From contig CM060734.1 of NCBI GenBank assembly GCA_030704615.1, positions 32,488,001 to 32,552,000 of the forward strand: a stretch of 64,000 nt of DNA. Direction: 5' to 3'. The translations under genes were made by a program, and so were the position numbers. The notes under the pieces were generated by a model. It was not told where the DNA came from, did no database searches, and saw only the letters and a program-made list of their open reading frames with translations. Below are positions 40,103 through 51,200 of the stretch, piece by piece. The stretch is from Takakia lepidozioides. Its lineage: Eukaryota > Plantae > Bryophyta. The stretch's first letter is position 1. Each line of letters starts with the position of its first letter.

Positions 40103-41756
40103 TTAATGGTAGGGGGTAATTGCATGATAGCAGGCCCCATTTATTTATATGCTAGATAATGAGAGGGCCTGGTTGTCACGGTGGACTGGGAAGGCATCAT
40201 GGTCCCCACAATGGGTTTTCTGCCCTAAAAATAATATTTTTCCCTTTTATAAAAAATAAAAATAAAAATATATGATGCCTCCCAAAGGATTTCTTCCTTA
40301 AAATAAGCCAGGACCAGTTCTGGCCCATTTCGTCCCTTGCTGACTGGAGGATGCTGTGATCAGAGTTCAGACAATGATGGACCTGTGGGATGGACCTAGT
40401 TGCTGAGGGGGAACTATATCACAGCTGGGAAGGTCCACCTGGGCGGGTGCTATCCCTCAAACCAAGGTGAAAACTTGTCTGCATGTTTCATGGGTTTACA
40501 TGCTAGTATGACAAATGCACAGCAACAGCTTGTCCTTGTCAACCTGGCTCCACTTGCTTTCTGACAAGAAAACAGATATTTGATTTGAACAATGTTATTC
40601 CGCGAGCTGGTACAATGGGCGTTTGCATGGATTGTTGAAGACGCTGTCCATGCAATTTTGAGACGAGAGGGGTCGGTGGGTCGGTGAGAAGATCAAACTT
40701 AGCACCAAGTATGGTCATCTGTCCATTACGAGAAAGGAGATCACAGCTGGCAAGTCCTCCATTTTTGCGTGGGTCGTTAGTGAGAACGAAGGAACCCAAT
40801 TATCCTGGATCAGGATTTGAGCAGAAAGCCCCACACATTCGCGAACCCTGTCAAGATGTTCAAGTTAAGTCAGGAACTGTCCACTTTCCACCAGCATCGC
40901 CACTTGTTCTGCCTTTGTTACTAGTAAAGAGGAACGTATGACATCCTGCTTGAAATGGTTGTATCAAATGATGGCAAAATTCACAGTGATTAACAGGAAA
41001 AAACCAGTACTGCAGTGATTTGAGTCTTCTACCATTATGAGGGCATCTTTCATAGATGAAACAATGAAGACGAAAGTCCACAGCGACCGGGAAGGAAATT
41101 CAGTGGAGCTTTCACTCCTTCATAAGAAAGTCTGCCTGAACGAACGATCAGGACCTAGTAAGTGAAGATCTATAGTCAGGCCTTCATCAGTGTACACATA
41201 AGCCCGTGGTTTTAGTAGTTCATATCTAGCACAAGTGTAGCAGGCTCTTTTCAGATAATATTAGTTTTCATGCTTGGAATGGATCCACCAGCTGCTCGCC
41301 AGGCTCCAGCCCGCCGCCCAGAATCTTTCCTCGAAAGTATGTGAGCCGCTCAGTTGTCTTCAGCTGTCACCAGATCGGGAGACCACCTTGAATCTGTAGC
41401 TCACCTGTAGTAGGTATCAATAATCAAATGGGGAGGAACAAGCTACTAATATGCGATCAACGATTTCATATAGGGAATGAAGCTTGCGGACCATGCAAAT
41501 TGAATCGCCACCGAGTTCTTGTACTGTGGCTGTGTGGAGGGTATTTAAGCTGCCATGATTTTCATTATTTGAACACCTGTGCGACGCTGATTCACATGTA
41601 CAAGAAATACCTGCCTAAAAATGTTGCCTATCCGCAAGCTCGTCCTCTGAGGAACTTCTCGGAAGTTGGAAGCTAGCCCAGCTTCAAATTAATGACTAGC
41701 TAGTTTAACGATGACGATGGGGGTCACTCTTCTCTGTGTGCGAAAGAAAGAGAAAG

Positions 41757-42533
41757 AAACTTCATAGGTCCACGGGAAGCTCAAAGACCAAGTATGGACC
41801 TCAGGAAAGCAGGATACTCAAAGAAAAGTGGGGTCAACAAGCAGACCATAAACTACGTACGATCAAAGCTCCCGAGAGATTCTCTGAGGTGGAGAGCATC
41901 CTATAGAGATGCCGTCATGCATCTCTAATCTCGTAAGGAAACACATTTGGGGAATGGCTGTCTCTAAATATAAGGCAGCAGTCGTGGCCCCGGATTGCGT
42001 AGTATAAGAGAGAACAAACTTCATAGGTCCACGGGAAGCTCAAAGACCAAGTATGGGCCTCAGGAAAGCAGGATACTCAAAGAAAAGTGGGGTCAACAAG
42101 CAGACCATAAACTACGTACGATCAAAGCTCCCGAGAGATTCTCTGAGGTGGAGAGCATCCTATAGAGATGCCGTCATGCATCTCTAATCTCGTAAGGAAA
42201 CACATTTGGGGAATGGCTGTCTCTAAATATAAGGCAGCAGTCGTGGCCCCGGATTGCGTAGTATAAGAGAGAACAAACTTCATAGGTCCACGGGAAGCTC
42301 AAAGACCAAGTATGGGCCTCAGGAAAGCAGGATACTCAAAGAAAAGTGGGGTCAACAAGCAGACCATAAACTACGTACGATCAAAGCTCCCGAGAGATTC
42401 TCTGAGGTGGAGAGCATCCTATAGAGATGCCGTCATGCATCTCTAATCTCGTAAGGAAACACATTTGGGGAATGGCTGTCTCTAAATATAAGGCAGCAGT
42501 CGTGGCCCCGGATTGCGTAGTATAAGAGAGAAC
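41757..42533. repeat. Three head-to-tail copies of a 259-bp unit, nearly identical
   Basis: Units start at 41757, 42016 and 42275. I saw only one substitution (tatggac vs tatgggc). Confidence 0.95.
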
Positions 42534-43764
42534 ATTGAGAGAGACAAACAACACAATGCGCATATGAGAGACTTCATCTGCTACCGCGCGACTCCATCCC
42601 CACCTATATCTTAAAAGCGCAGTCCTCATCTCCACTTCTCGTAGGCCTAATTCGTTGGGGGGACAGTCCGGGACTGCGTCAACGTCGCTGGGTCAGGTAT
42701 CTTAGGGAGGGCCCAGGCCCACAGGACATGGGACCCATTTAGAGATTTTCTCACCTTGGTGCGCACACCAACCCCATTCCTCCGAAGGAAATGCAGCCGT
42801 ATCAGATATGCAGGCTGTTGTGATAGTTCAAACCTTTGAAGGTCCTGCACCTTGCCGACAGAAGACGACCTCTGGGTGAGAATCTGCGCCACCATTGCTC
42901 TGATTATCCAGCCCAAAAACCCTATTGCTCTCGCTGGGGAAGGGACTCTTACTTACGCTGGCACCTATACTTTTTCCCGTCACATCGACAAGAGCCCACA
43001 TCATGGAATGTCCGGGGGGCATCTTCAACAGGCTTCACATGATCCGAGACGTATCCCTGGCAGTGCCTTTGAAACATCTTCCTTGCTATTGAGTGACAGC
43101 TTCTGTTGAAAGCTTCGTGGCCACACTTCTGCCCCAATCCTCTGTGATCCGTTTGACTTTGGAATCCTCAATGGAATTATGGCATGGGTCCACCGCTAGC
43201 TTGAGATAGCAGCTGAGAGACACCACCATTAATGTCCAGGGGTATCTATCCACAAGGGCTGAGGTCACCATCTACAATAACTACCCTAGTCTTTGAAACC
43301 GGCAGACACTCAACAACTGAGAAGTTCATCTCCAAGGGCTGCAAGAATGTGTGCATTTCTTGATTTTGGCCCACAACAGGCCCTCAGGATAGATTTGTAT
43401 CTACATTGGAGGAGTAAGGGCTGTACAAGTAAAACAGTAAGAAATTGAATAGAAATAAAGTTTTGAAAGCATACATTTTCACCCAACTAAACGGTCAGCT
43501 TTTTACCACTGACAGAATGTGTCAGTGGGCCCCAGTTTATATGGCCAGTTTTCCTGGATCCCATTTGGATGGCAGATATGGAGGTCTGAGAGGGCAGGTT
43601 CTCTAGTGCACTTATCAACAAGATGTAGGACACCCGGGATCCTGCAAGGAGGGATAGGCAAAGAGTAGAATACAATGATGTGTAAAAGTGGAATGCCTCG
43701 TCAAACACACATAGATGCATCCAAATAGGAGGGTCCCACAATCCCACAATCCTCGCATCATTTT

Positions 43765-46700
43765 TTAACCTCTCCCACCAAGAGGCCCACGTAACTTTCG
43801 CATAGTTCGGACAGCAGCTTTGTGTTTGGTCCTGGAATCAGCTCTAAGCTGTGACTTTGATGCCAGCCACTCCTCTTCAGCAGTGGCTGATTTCATAAAC
43901 AAGCAGGCCTTGGCATGTGCCTTGGCTTGATCTGATGAGCCTGATTCAGTTTCCAGAACCCCAGCCTTTTGTACAGTACTGGTGGCAGGTTTAGCTCCCA
44001 ATGATATACTTGGGCTCAATCCTGAAGAATTCTCCACACGAGAAGGGAGAGAGGCCCTCCTTTCAATTCCACTGACTCTCTTCTTGGCTGCTATGGGGAA
44101 GCTGACCCTTGCCTTATCCACGCTGAACTTTCGAAATGCTCCTGGTTCATGCGTAGATTTTCCAAAGTTGAATGTCCATGCTGGTTCAGGCTTCTCCTCC
44201 GGTTGTTGCTTGTTTTTATCTCCTGTGTCCAAATTCTGGTCAACCACTGGCAAAATGTTTAGACTTTTTAGTGAGAAGGCTACACGGCCATCTTCCCCCA
44301 CCAACGATTTCCAGGAAGCCCTCTGAACCCAATTGGCTCCTTTCTCTGGTTCTTGAGAGCCAACTTTGTCCATCGTAATGCCTACCTCTTCCATCTGCCT
44401 GCTTTCTGTACTTTTCCCACCTGGCTCAATTGTGGAAGCACCCACCACCTCTGAAGTCTGAGTACTCTTGCCAGACGGAACTGACCCTTCTTGATCATGC
44501 TGCACCACTGGTCCAACTTGATCATACTCCACAAGAGATGGGAGAGAGGCCCTGCTTTGAATTCCACTGACTGGCTTCTTGGCTGCTGTGGGGAAGCCGT
44601 CCCTGGCCTTATCCACACTGAACTTCTGAGTTGCTCCTGGTTCCTGCGTAGATTTTCCAAAGTTGAATGTCCATGCTGGTTCAGGCTTCTCTTCCAATTG
44701 TTGCTTGTTTTTACCTCCTCTGTCCAAATGCTGGCCGCCGACTGGCAAACTGTTTAGACTTTTTAGCGAGAAGGCTACACGGCTGTTTTCCCCCACCAAT
44801 GATTTCCAGGAAGCACTCTGAACCCAATTGGCTCCTTTCTCTGGTTCTTGAGAGCCAACTTTGTCCATCTTAATGCCTCCCTCTTCCATCTGCCTGCTTT
44901 CTGTACTCTTCCCACCTGGCTCAATTGTGGAAGCACCCACCACCTCTGAAGTCCGAGTACTCTTGCTAGATGGAACTGAACCTTCTTGATCATGCTGCAC
45001 CACTGGCCCAACTTGTGCATCTTCATTTTCAATTAACTGAATTTCTTCACTCCTTTCGGAACCTGACAAGGTCTCCTCCTCACCATCAGATTCAACAACA
45101 GTGGCTGCCTGGAACAATTTTTCCCACTTTGCCATAGAATCTGTGGTTGTCTGTACTGTATTTGGAATATTTCTCCCATCATTGACATCTACCTGCACCA
45201 AGGGCGCCTGCGGCTGGAGCACTGGATCATCCACATCCAGTCCTATCTCCTCAAACACACTGGAGAATTCGCTTTTGGGACTTGGGAAGGGCTCAGCTTG
45301 TGTGCCATCTGAACCCATGGCAGCCTGGAACAAGTTCTCCCATTTGCTTGCCTGGGGAACACAGCCTGAAGTCCCTGGAATAGGCGAATTTCTTCTGTGT
45401 GTCTGCACATCTTTCTGCACTGATGATCCTTGTTCCAAATTAGGCAGAGGCAATAAATCATCCCCATCCACTGCCATGTCATCGAGTATACCAGAGAAGA
45501 TTATCTCACTCCAGTTGGTACCCAACAGACTCTCCTCCGCACCAGTGCCGTCTACACCAGTGGAGACCTGAAACAATTTCCCCCGTTTGCTCGTCTTTAG
45601 GGGTACTGGACTCAAAGCATGTCTTCCAGTCTTTTCATTATCCCGTTCCATATTGTGCTTGGATGCCTGATCATCCCCATCCAGTGCTAAATCATCACTT
45701 ACATTGGAGAAAGGTGCGCCAGTGTCTGAATCACCTTGTCGCTTGTATGCGGCGTCAAATGAATGCACTTTCCCCTCCACGCTACCAGAAACGAGGGCCT
45801 GTTCAGCTTCCTTCCTGGAGAACAATTAGACAAAAATCAGTATGCTGCTAGATGTTTGTCGACTAGAAAGCACCATGATCTTGTGTTAAGTAGGAACCAC
45901 TCCTATGACATACTGGGTTTCCTCTCACTACAATCTACATTAAGAAGCTTCGAAATGATCAACAATTCCATAACCACAGAAAATGTATGCAAAACCATTA
46001 TAAAGGCACATGCCTGATGTTGACTTCTTCATCAGGAAACAACTTTCTTAAAAGCTGGAGTTGCTTATTCCTCTCTTCAGCAACCACAGCCGCAATGGGA
46101 TCGACATCCTTGGCCTTACCTGCAACCAGAGAAGCATAGGCATATAAAGCAACTCAAAACAACAAGTATAAACAGATGAAGCTGCTGATGAGGCAACCGA
46201 ATCAAGACCAAACCCTGCACTAAGAATCCAAAAAATTGTCACAACAGGCTGGATTGGAGTGCTGCTGTGCTTCATGAATTTGACAAGACTACTCTATTTT
46301 CCAGACAGTTTGACTTGCATATGGCTCCATCAGAGCCTCTTCAATTTACAAGTGAAGTAGTGTGACTCGAGCCATTGTTAAAACCCATGTGTGAATGTAA
46401 CTTGAAGTTTTCAGCTTACATCTTGGATAGTTGCAGCAAGTAAAATTAATTAATTCACTTAAAAGAAAACCAGCTACCCCTATTAATCAGCCAACAACAA
46501 TCGGTATTACTAAAGGTAGTAAAGCGAGCAAATTACCTTCCGAGTCCTCAAGCTTCTGGCGTTTGGAAGATCTTGGAGGGGAGAGCTCTCTAGTAAGAAG
46601 GCACAATGGGAGACTTTCGAAAGCCTGAAAACTGTATTTGTGTTTGCCTAGCCCCTTAGCTGGCACCAGCTTCACCTACCCACCATCTCCCTAATATGAG

Positions 46701-47532
46701 ATATCTTCAACATAGAACTCATATGCCGGTAAGGTTGTCATGGCTAATTTCAGCAGGAACTGTCGCGGATACTCTCTTCTCTCTGTCTCGCTCTCACACA
46801 CATCATACATAATCTGTCCATAAAAACCCCAATCGATCAATTTTGCATCAGCTTACATAAAGTTACCATGGTTAATGGGTGGGAGGAAAACTACAGCTAC
46901 CTTATCTATGAAGCTGGTCCCGTAGGAGGAAACAGAGCCAATAGGTTGAACCCATGATAACTGAAGTTCAGAGGTGATGCTGTACCTTCTTTGAGTTTGG
47001 GATTGCTATCTTCAGTGGCTCTCTTTGTATTGACAACGTCGTTGGTCCGTTGGGGGGCTTGCCTATGGCACTCCCCAAAAGCGATGCTGCAGAGTCAGCT
47101 TGACTTGGATCAGATGAGGCCTTTGCTTGAGCGGCCCACTCCTGGTGCAACCGATCGAGGTAGTGCTCTTTAGCCTTTTCTACTCGCAGACAACCGCCCT
47201 TCCATTTGCACCCATTATACTGCACTGGCCGTCAAATGTTCCATGCCACATATTTCCATCATGCATCCATTAGCATTGGCTTCCTGGAAAATATGCCGAG
47301 TAACCAATACCACAAAGTGCACCTATTTCCGGGCATTGGTTTGTTTGCAATGAAACCAACTGTCACTCACTCAAACCACCGTTCTCCAGAGGTGCAACTG
47401 CGTATTACATAGAAACAAATGCAGTGACCCCTCAAAATGAAAAGAGAGAGAGAGGTGCCACTTTGGCGGAGGAAGAAAGAGTTTCACTAATGAGACTGGA
47501 TTGTCGTAAACCCTGGCTTAAAGAGAGAGAGA

Positions 47533-47570
<38 letters not shown>

Positions 47571-47971
47571 AAAACAAACAAACGAGTACTCACCACACTG
47601 AAGAGATAGCGCAGGCTTGCTTCCGACGAGGCCTCGAACTCCACATAAGCAAAGCCTCTATGCGACCCCTCTCCAAACTTGCAAGGAACTATCTGGATTT
47701 GGTGAACACATCCCAAGGGCGCAAATCTCTGCTGCAAATCGCTACTGCTTACAGACGGCCCCAGCCCCCCCACATAGAGCCGTAATCGCACTGTACCTTG
47801 ACGAATCTCACTTCCGTTCTTGCCACCCTCAGGCTTTCTTGAGATGTCTGCATCTGTTTCAGCGCCACCCTGCCCACTCCCTGTCTGAGCCTTGCTCTTC
47901 CCGTCAGGACCCATCCTTCCACGCTTACTATCTCTCTGCATCGTAACAGACCCACAATTCACGAGTGCCAT
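43765..47971 (-). CDS. N-terminal RRM nucleolar protein (NOL8/Nop8-like), about 968 aa, 5 exons
   Basis: RLYVGGLG..RGFAYVEF..|YNGCKWKGGCLRVEKAKEHYLDRLHQEW is the NOL8-type RRM. The C-terminus reads ACLFMKSATAEEEW..RTKHKAAVR. Exons: 47971-47594, 47219-46986, 46675-46537, 46119-46014 (GC donor), 45814-43765; phases are consistent. Confidence 0.85.
44040..45015 (-). repeat. In-frame 495-bp (165-aa) tandem duplication inside the last exon of the NOL8-like gene
   Basis: QVGPVVQHDQEGSVPS...EKGANWVQ.ASWKSLVGE...RASLPS occurs twice, with a constant 495-nt offset (e.g. 44491 vs 44986). Confidence 0.93.
47522..47565. repeat. (GA)n microsatellite in intron 1 of the NOL8-like gene
   Basis: agagagagagagggagagagag... 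read directly from the sequence. Confidence 0.9.
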
Positions 47972-48278
47972 GGAGCTTCTAAAACCCCGACTTCGGACCC
48001 CTAAACCCTAACACCGTTGACCACCGGTGTTCAGCGGTGACCCTCCTCTAGTCTGCAAAAACCGCTTGCATTCATAGTCTGTTACCTTCCACGGGCTGCA
48101 TCTGGGCGAAATGCTACCTCCTCAGATGAAGTGAGATTGTGGGTATTTGAGAAAACGATGTTTCTTCAGTGGGATCCGATGAAGTTTTGACTGGGAAGAG
48201 TCTTCTTTTTTTGTGTACTTTCTAATAAGACACCCTCTTTGTGTATAAGCTTGGTTGCATTATTCGGTTAGGAGCAAG
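47972..48278. promoter_or_regulatory. Putative bidirectional promoter/5' UTR region with a telo-box
   Basis: Only 307 bp separate the two divergent ATGs. AAACCCTAA lies at 48003-48011. Confidence 0.55.
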
Positions 48279-51200
48279 ATGATGATGGATTTTACGCGCC
48301 CGCAGTCGGGGATTGGAAGGACTCTCTCGGATGACGAGCTTCAAGAGTTCAATCAAATTACGTAAGTTTTTTTGCCCATTCTTCTGGTGCATTCTGTGAT
48401 GAATTCCCTGTGTGGAAGCATGGGACGCACATATAATGTATTTAGCACTCTGTCATTGCCTTAGCCTGTGGTCCTATCTCTTTGTGTGGTTTGGATAGAA
48501 AGGAAAGGAGAGAAGAGTGCGGAGAAAATGAAAGTTTAATACTGGTTGAAGTTTAAGAATTGCTCCCATTTTTTCCAGCGGCAGAGGCCGCTCAGACAGT
48601 GAATTGGTGAGATTCTTTAGAGTGTGAGTCACCGTACCTTGCCTGCAGCAGAAACTGCGAATTTGATTGCGTTTCGGTTGGTCGAAAAATTGCAAATCAA
48701 TGTGAGCTCTTTTGGTCAAGAGTTTGGACCCGTGAGGTCTCCAGCATTTTTCTAAGACCTCCCCCTTGACATACTGCCAGAGTTGCAACTTGCTCCTTTT
48801 TTGTTTCGTACACCGTATTCAATTAGTAAAACGCAATGTTCTTTACTGTGTCGTAGGTATGACAAAATCCGAGCTATGAAGAGTTTGCCTAAACTTATGC
48901 GGCTGGAACAGTACATGCGGTATCCTCTCTCTCTCTCTCTCTCTCTCTACCTTGGGCTACCGCTATGGGATGTCTGTCACCTTATTACCTTTGTCTGAAA
49001 CCGGTTGAGGGTAACTAGGATTTAGCTGAATGAATGAATGAACCCCTCTCTCTCTCTGTCTCTCTCTCCAGTCTGTTTCTTGCTATAAAGTTAAAAAGTT
49101 TCTTTCATTTCCTTGCCACCCATTTGGCATACTGTGTCTTTGTTAGCTCCACAGTCTTGGCCCATGCTTTATTTGGGCTTTCTGTGGAAATGTACAATTA
49201 ATTTCTTTGTTTCTTATATTTCTACTTTTCCACTCCCAAGACAGATATGGAATAGCTAATAAGTACATCTAACCAGCTTGGCCTGCCTTATTCACTATTG
49301 GATGTTCTGGGTGATACATCAATTCCTCCCTAGGCACTTCTAGTTGGATCATTCATCCCTTCCCTGTAAATGCACCGTGGATTTCCGTGGTACAGAATGG
49401 CTGATGAATGCAATTCTCTTCACGGACATGGATGCATTGTCTGTGAACCGGCAAGCAAAGAGCCAAAGAGGGGTGAGTCATGGGTGCTTGCAATCATGAC
49501 ATGGTGGCATTGTCCCACAGGAGCAGGACAATATCTTTCAGGATCACAGGGCATATTCACTTGGGTAGTGGCTAACACAGCTGGTAGGAACCACCTGCTG
49601 CTGCTAGTAGGAACTGTCTTCCTGAGGTCTTGCCTGGCAAGGGCAAACATGTGTCGGTGAAGGGGTGAAATCAGGTGCGAATTGTGATTCCTCGTGGCTT
49701 CTTGCAGGGAAGAAGGTTTCCCACAAACTGCAGAGCTGGCAAGGAAAATGGTTGTGGAGCTTGGAGGCAAGGACTCCTGCCCCAATGAATCAGAGCCACA
49801 GTAAGTCGTTTCTAGAGATGATGTAAGAGAAACAGCGATGGTCAAATGTGCTGACTAGATCACGTAACTGTGATTACATGGGTTCCCTAAATGCATATTG
49901 GTAACAATTGCATATTTTGGAGGGTAAGGCATCAGCAGGCAATTTTCTAGGTCTGTTGGGGTGCTTGCTAGAGGTGAATTTTCGATTTAACTTCCATCTG
50001 CTGCTTTGTGCAGATTCGCTGATGTTGATGCAGAGTTTGATGCCTTTCTCAAGAATTTTGATTCCTGGCAGGTACCTTTTCTGTCCGTCACACACATCCA
50101 CATATGCAGAGCTGCATGCACTCTTTTGAACTCTTCTGCTTGAGAAGGTTCTTGACAAATGTGCTTGTACAGCTGAAGTCTCAGGCTTCATGTGTGCTGA
50201 GGACATGAGGAAGTCAAATCATTTGAAGGAGTTATGGTATTGGATGTGAGCTGGAAATACTTATAATGCAGTGTTTGCTGTGCTTGGTTGTAACTTAGGC
50301 AACAGTAAAGGGTGCTGATCACAAATTACGGGACCTCGGGCTGTCAAAGGAAACTGATGGTTGGCACTCTTCAATTTTCTCGTCGAGATTTTTCTTTCTC
50401 AACATTGCGATGTGGTACCGGATTGAAGATAAAGCTTTCTGAGCAAGAAGTAAAATACATTTGACTTTTTGCTTTTTGTGGCTAATGAAGCAAATTTCTA
50501 GGACTATGAGTGCTTTTACATTCGGTTTGATTGCCACTGTCGCTCACGACGCCATGTGGAATCCTCAGTGCCATAGTCTCTTTCTAGATAGACCTACTCT
50601 TTCTGCAAATGCTCTCAATGGCCAGAAATAGTTGTGATACTACAGTGGCTTCCAGAATCCCTTGAAATTCAGGTATTACAAGTAGCTTGGCACCACAGAA
50701 GGGTTGTATCATTACATGTATGCAATACCCCAGGATTGAGCATTCTCTTTTATTTATTCTTTTCTTGCAAGGAGAAGGTGAGACTCCCCAGCCTAACTTT
50801 ATAATGCAAAATCCTCTCTCTTCTCATGGATGTCATGAGGCTCCATTCTTTTTTTGATTCTCTCTCTTTCTTCTTTCTCTGAGCTTCTCTTCACAATTCC
50901 ATCTTCGTGCATCAATTGAGGCCTGGTTATCTACAGCTTTCTTCGATTGTTATGTGTTCTTGTTCCATGAGTATTTTGGGCTTTCTGGGCTTCCTGATCA
51001 CCTATTTACTTTGAAGTTTTTACGTATGCCTTCTTCTCTCTTTCCACAGGTTTTTTAATGCTTCAGGTGGAGCTCATACACTTCTTTCATTCTTCCCCTC
51101 ATTCCTCCCCTCCTCCTTTGTGAGGAGCATAGTGCAGAATATTGTGGCAGGTGGTCCATTGTGGACTTGTCCATAAAAGGTGAATCCGTGTTATTTATTC

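Noticed and set aside
41757-43320. Endogenous caulimovirus
   Set aside because: The TATA context is reminiscent, but I found no movement protein, capsid, protease or RT motif in the frames I read.
43982-45571. Plus-strand ORFs of 68-156 aa (similarly the antisense ORFs over the kinase, RLK and TPR exons)
   Set aside because: They are antisense shadows of real coding exons and carry no independent motifs.
49395-49472. Extra SPAG1-like exon (MADECNSLHGHGC...)
   Set aside because: It has plausible splice sites, but including it shifts exon 49708-49800 out of the EEGFPQ frame. At most it is an alternative or poison exon.
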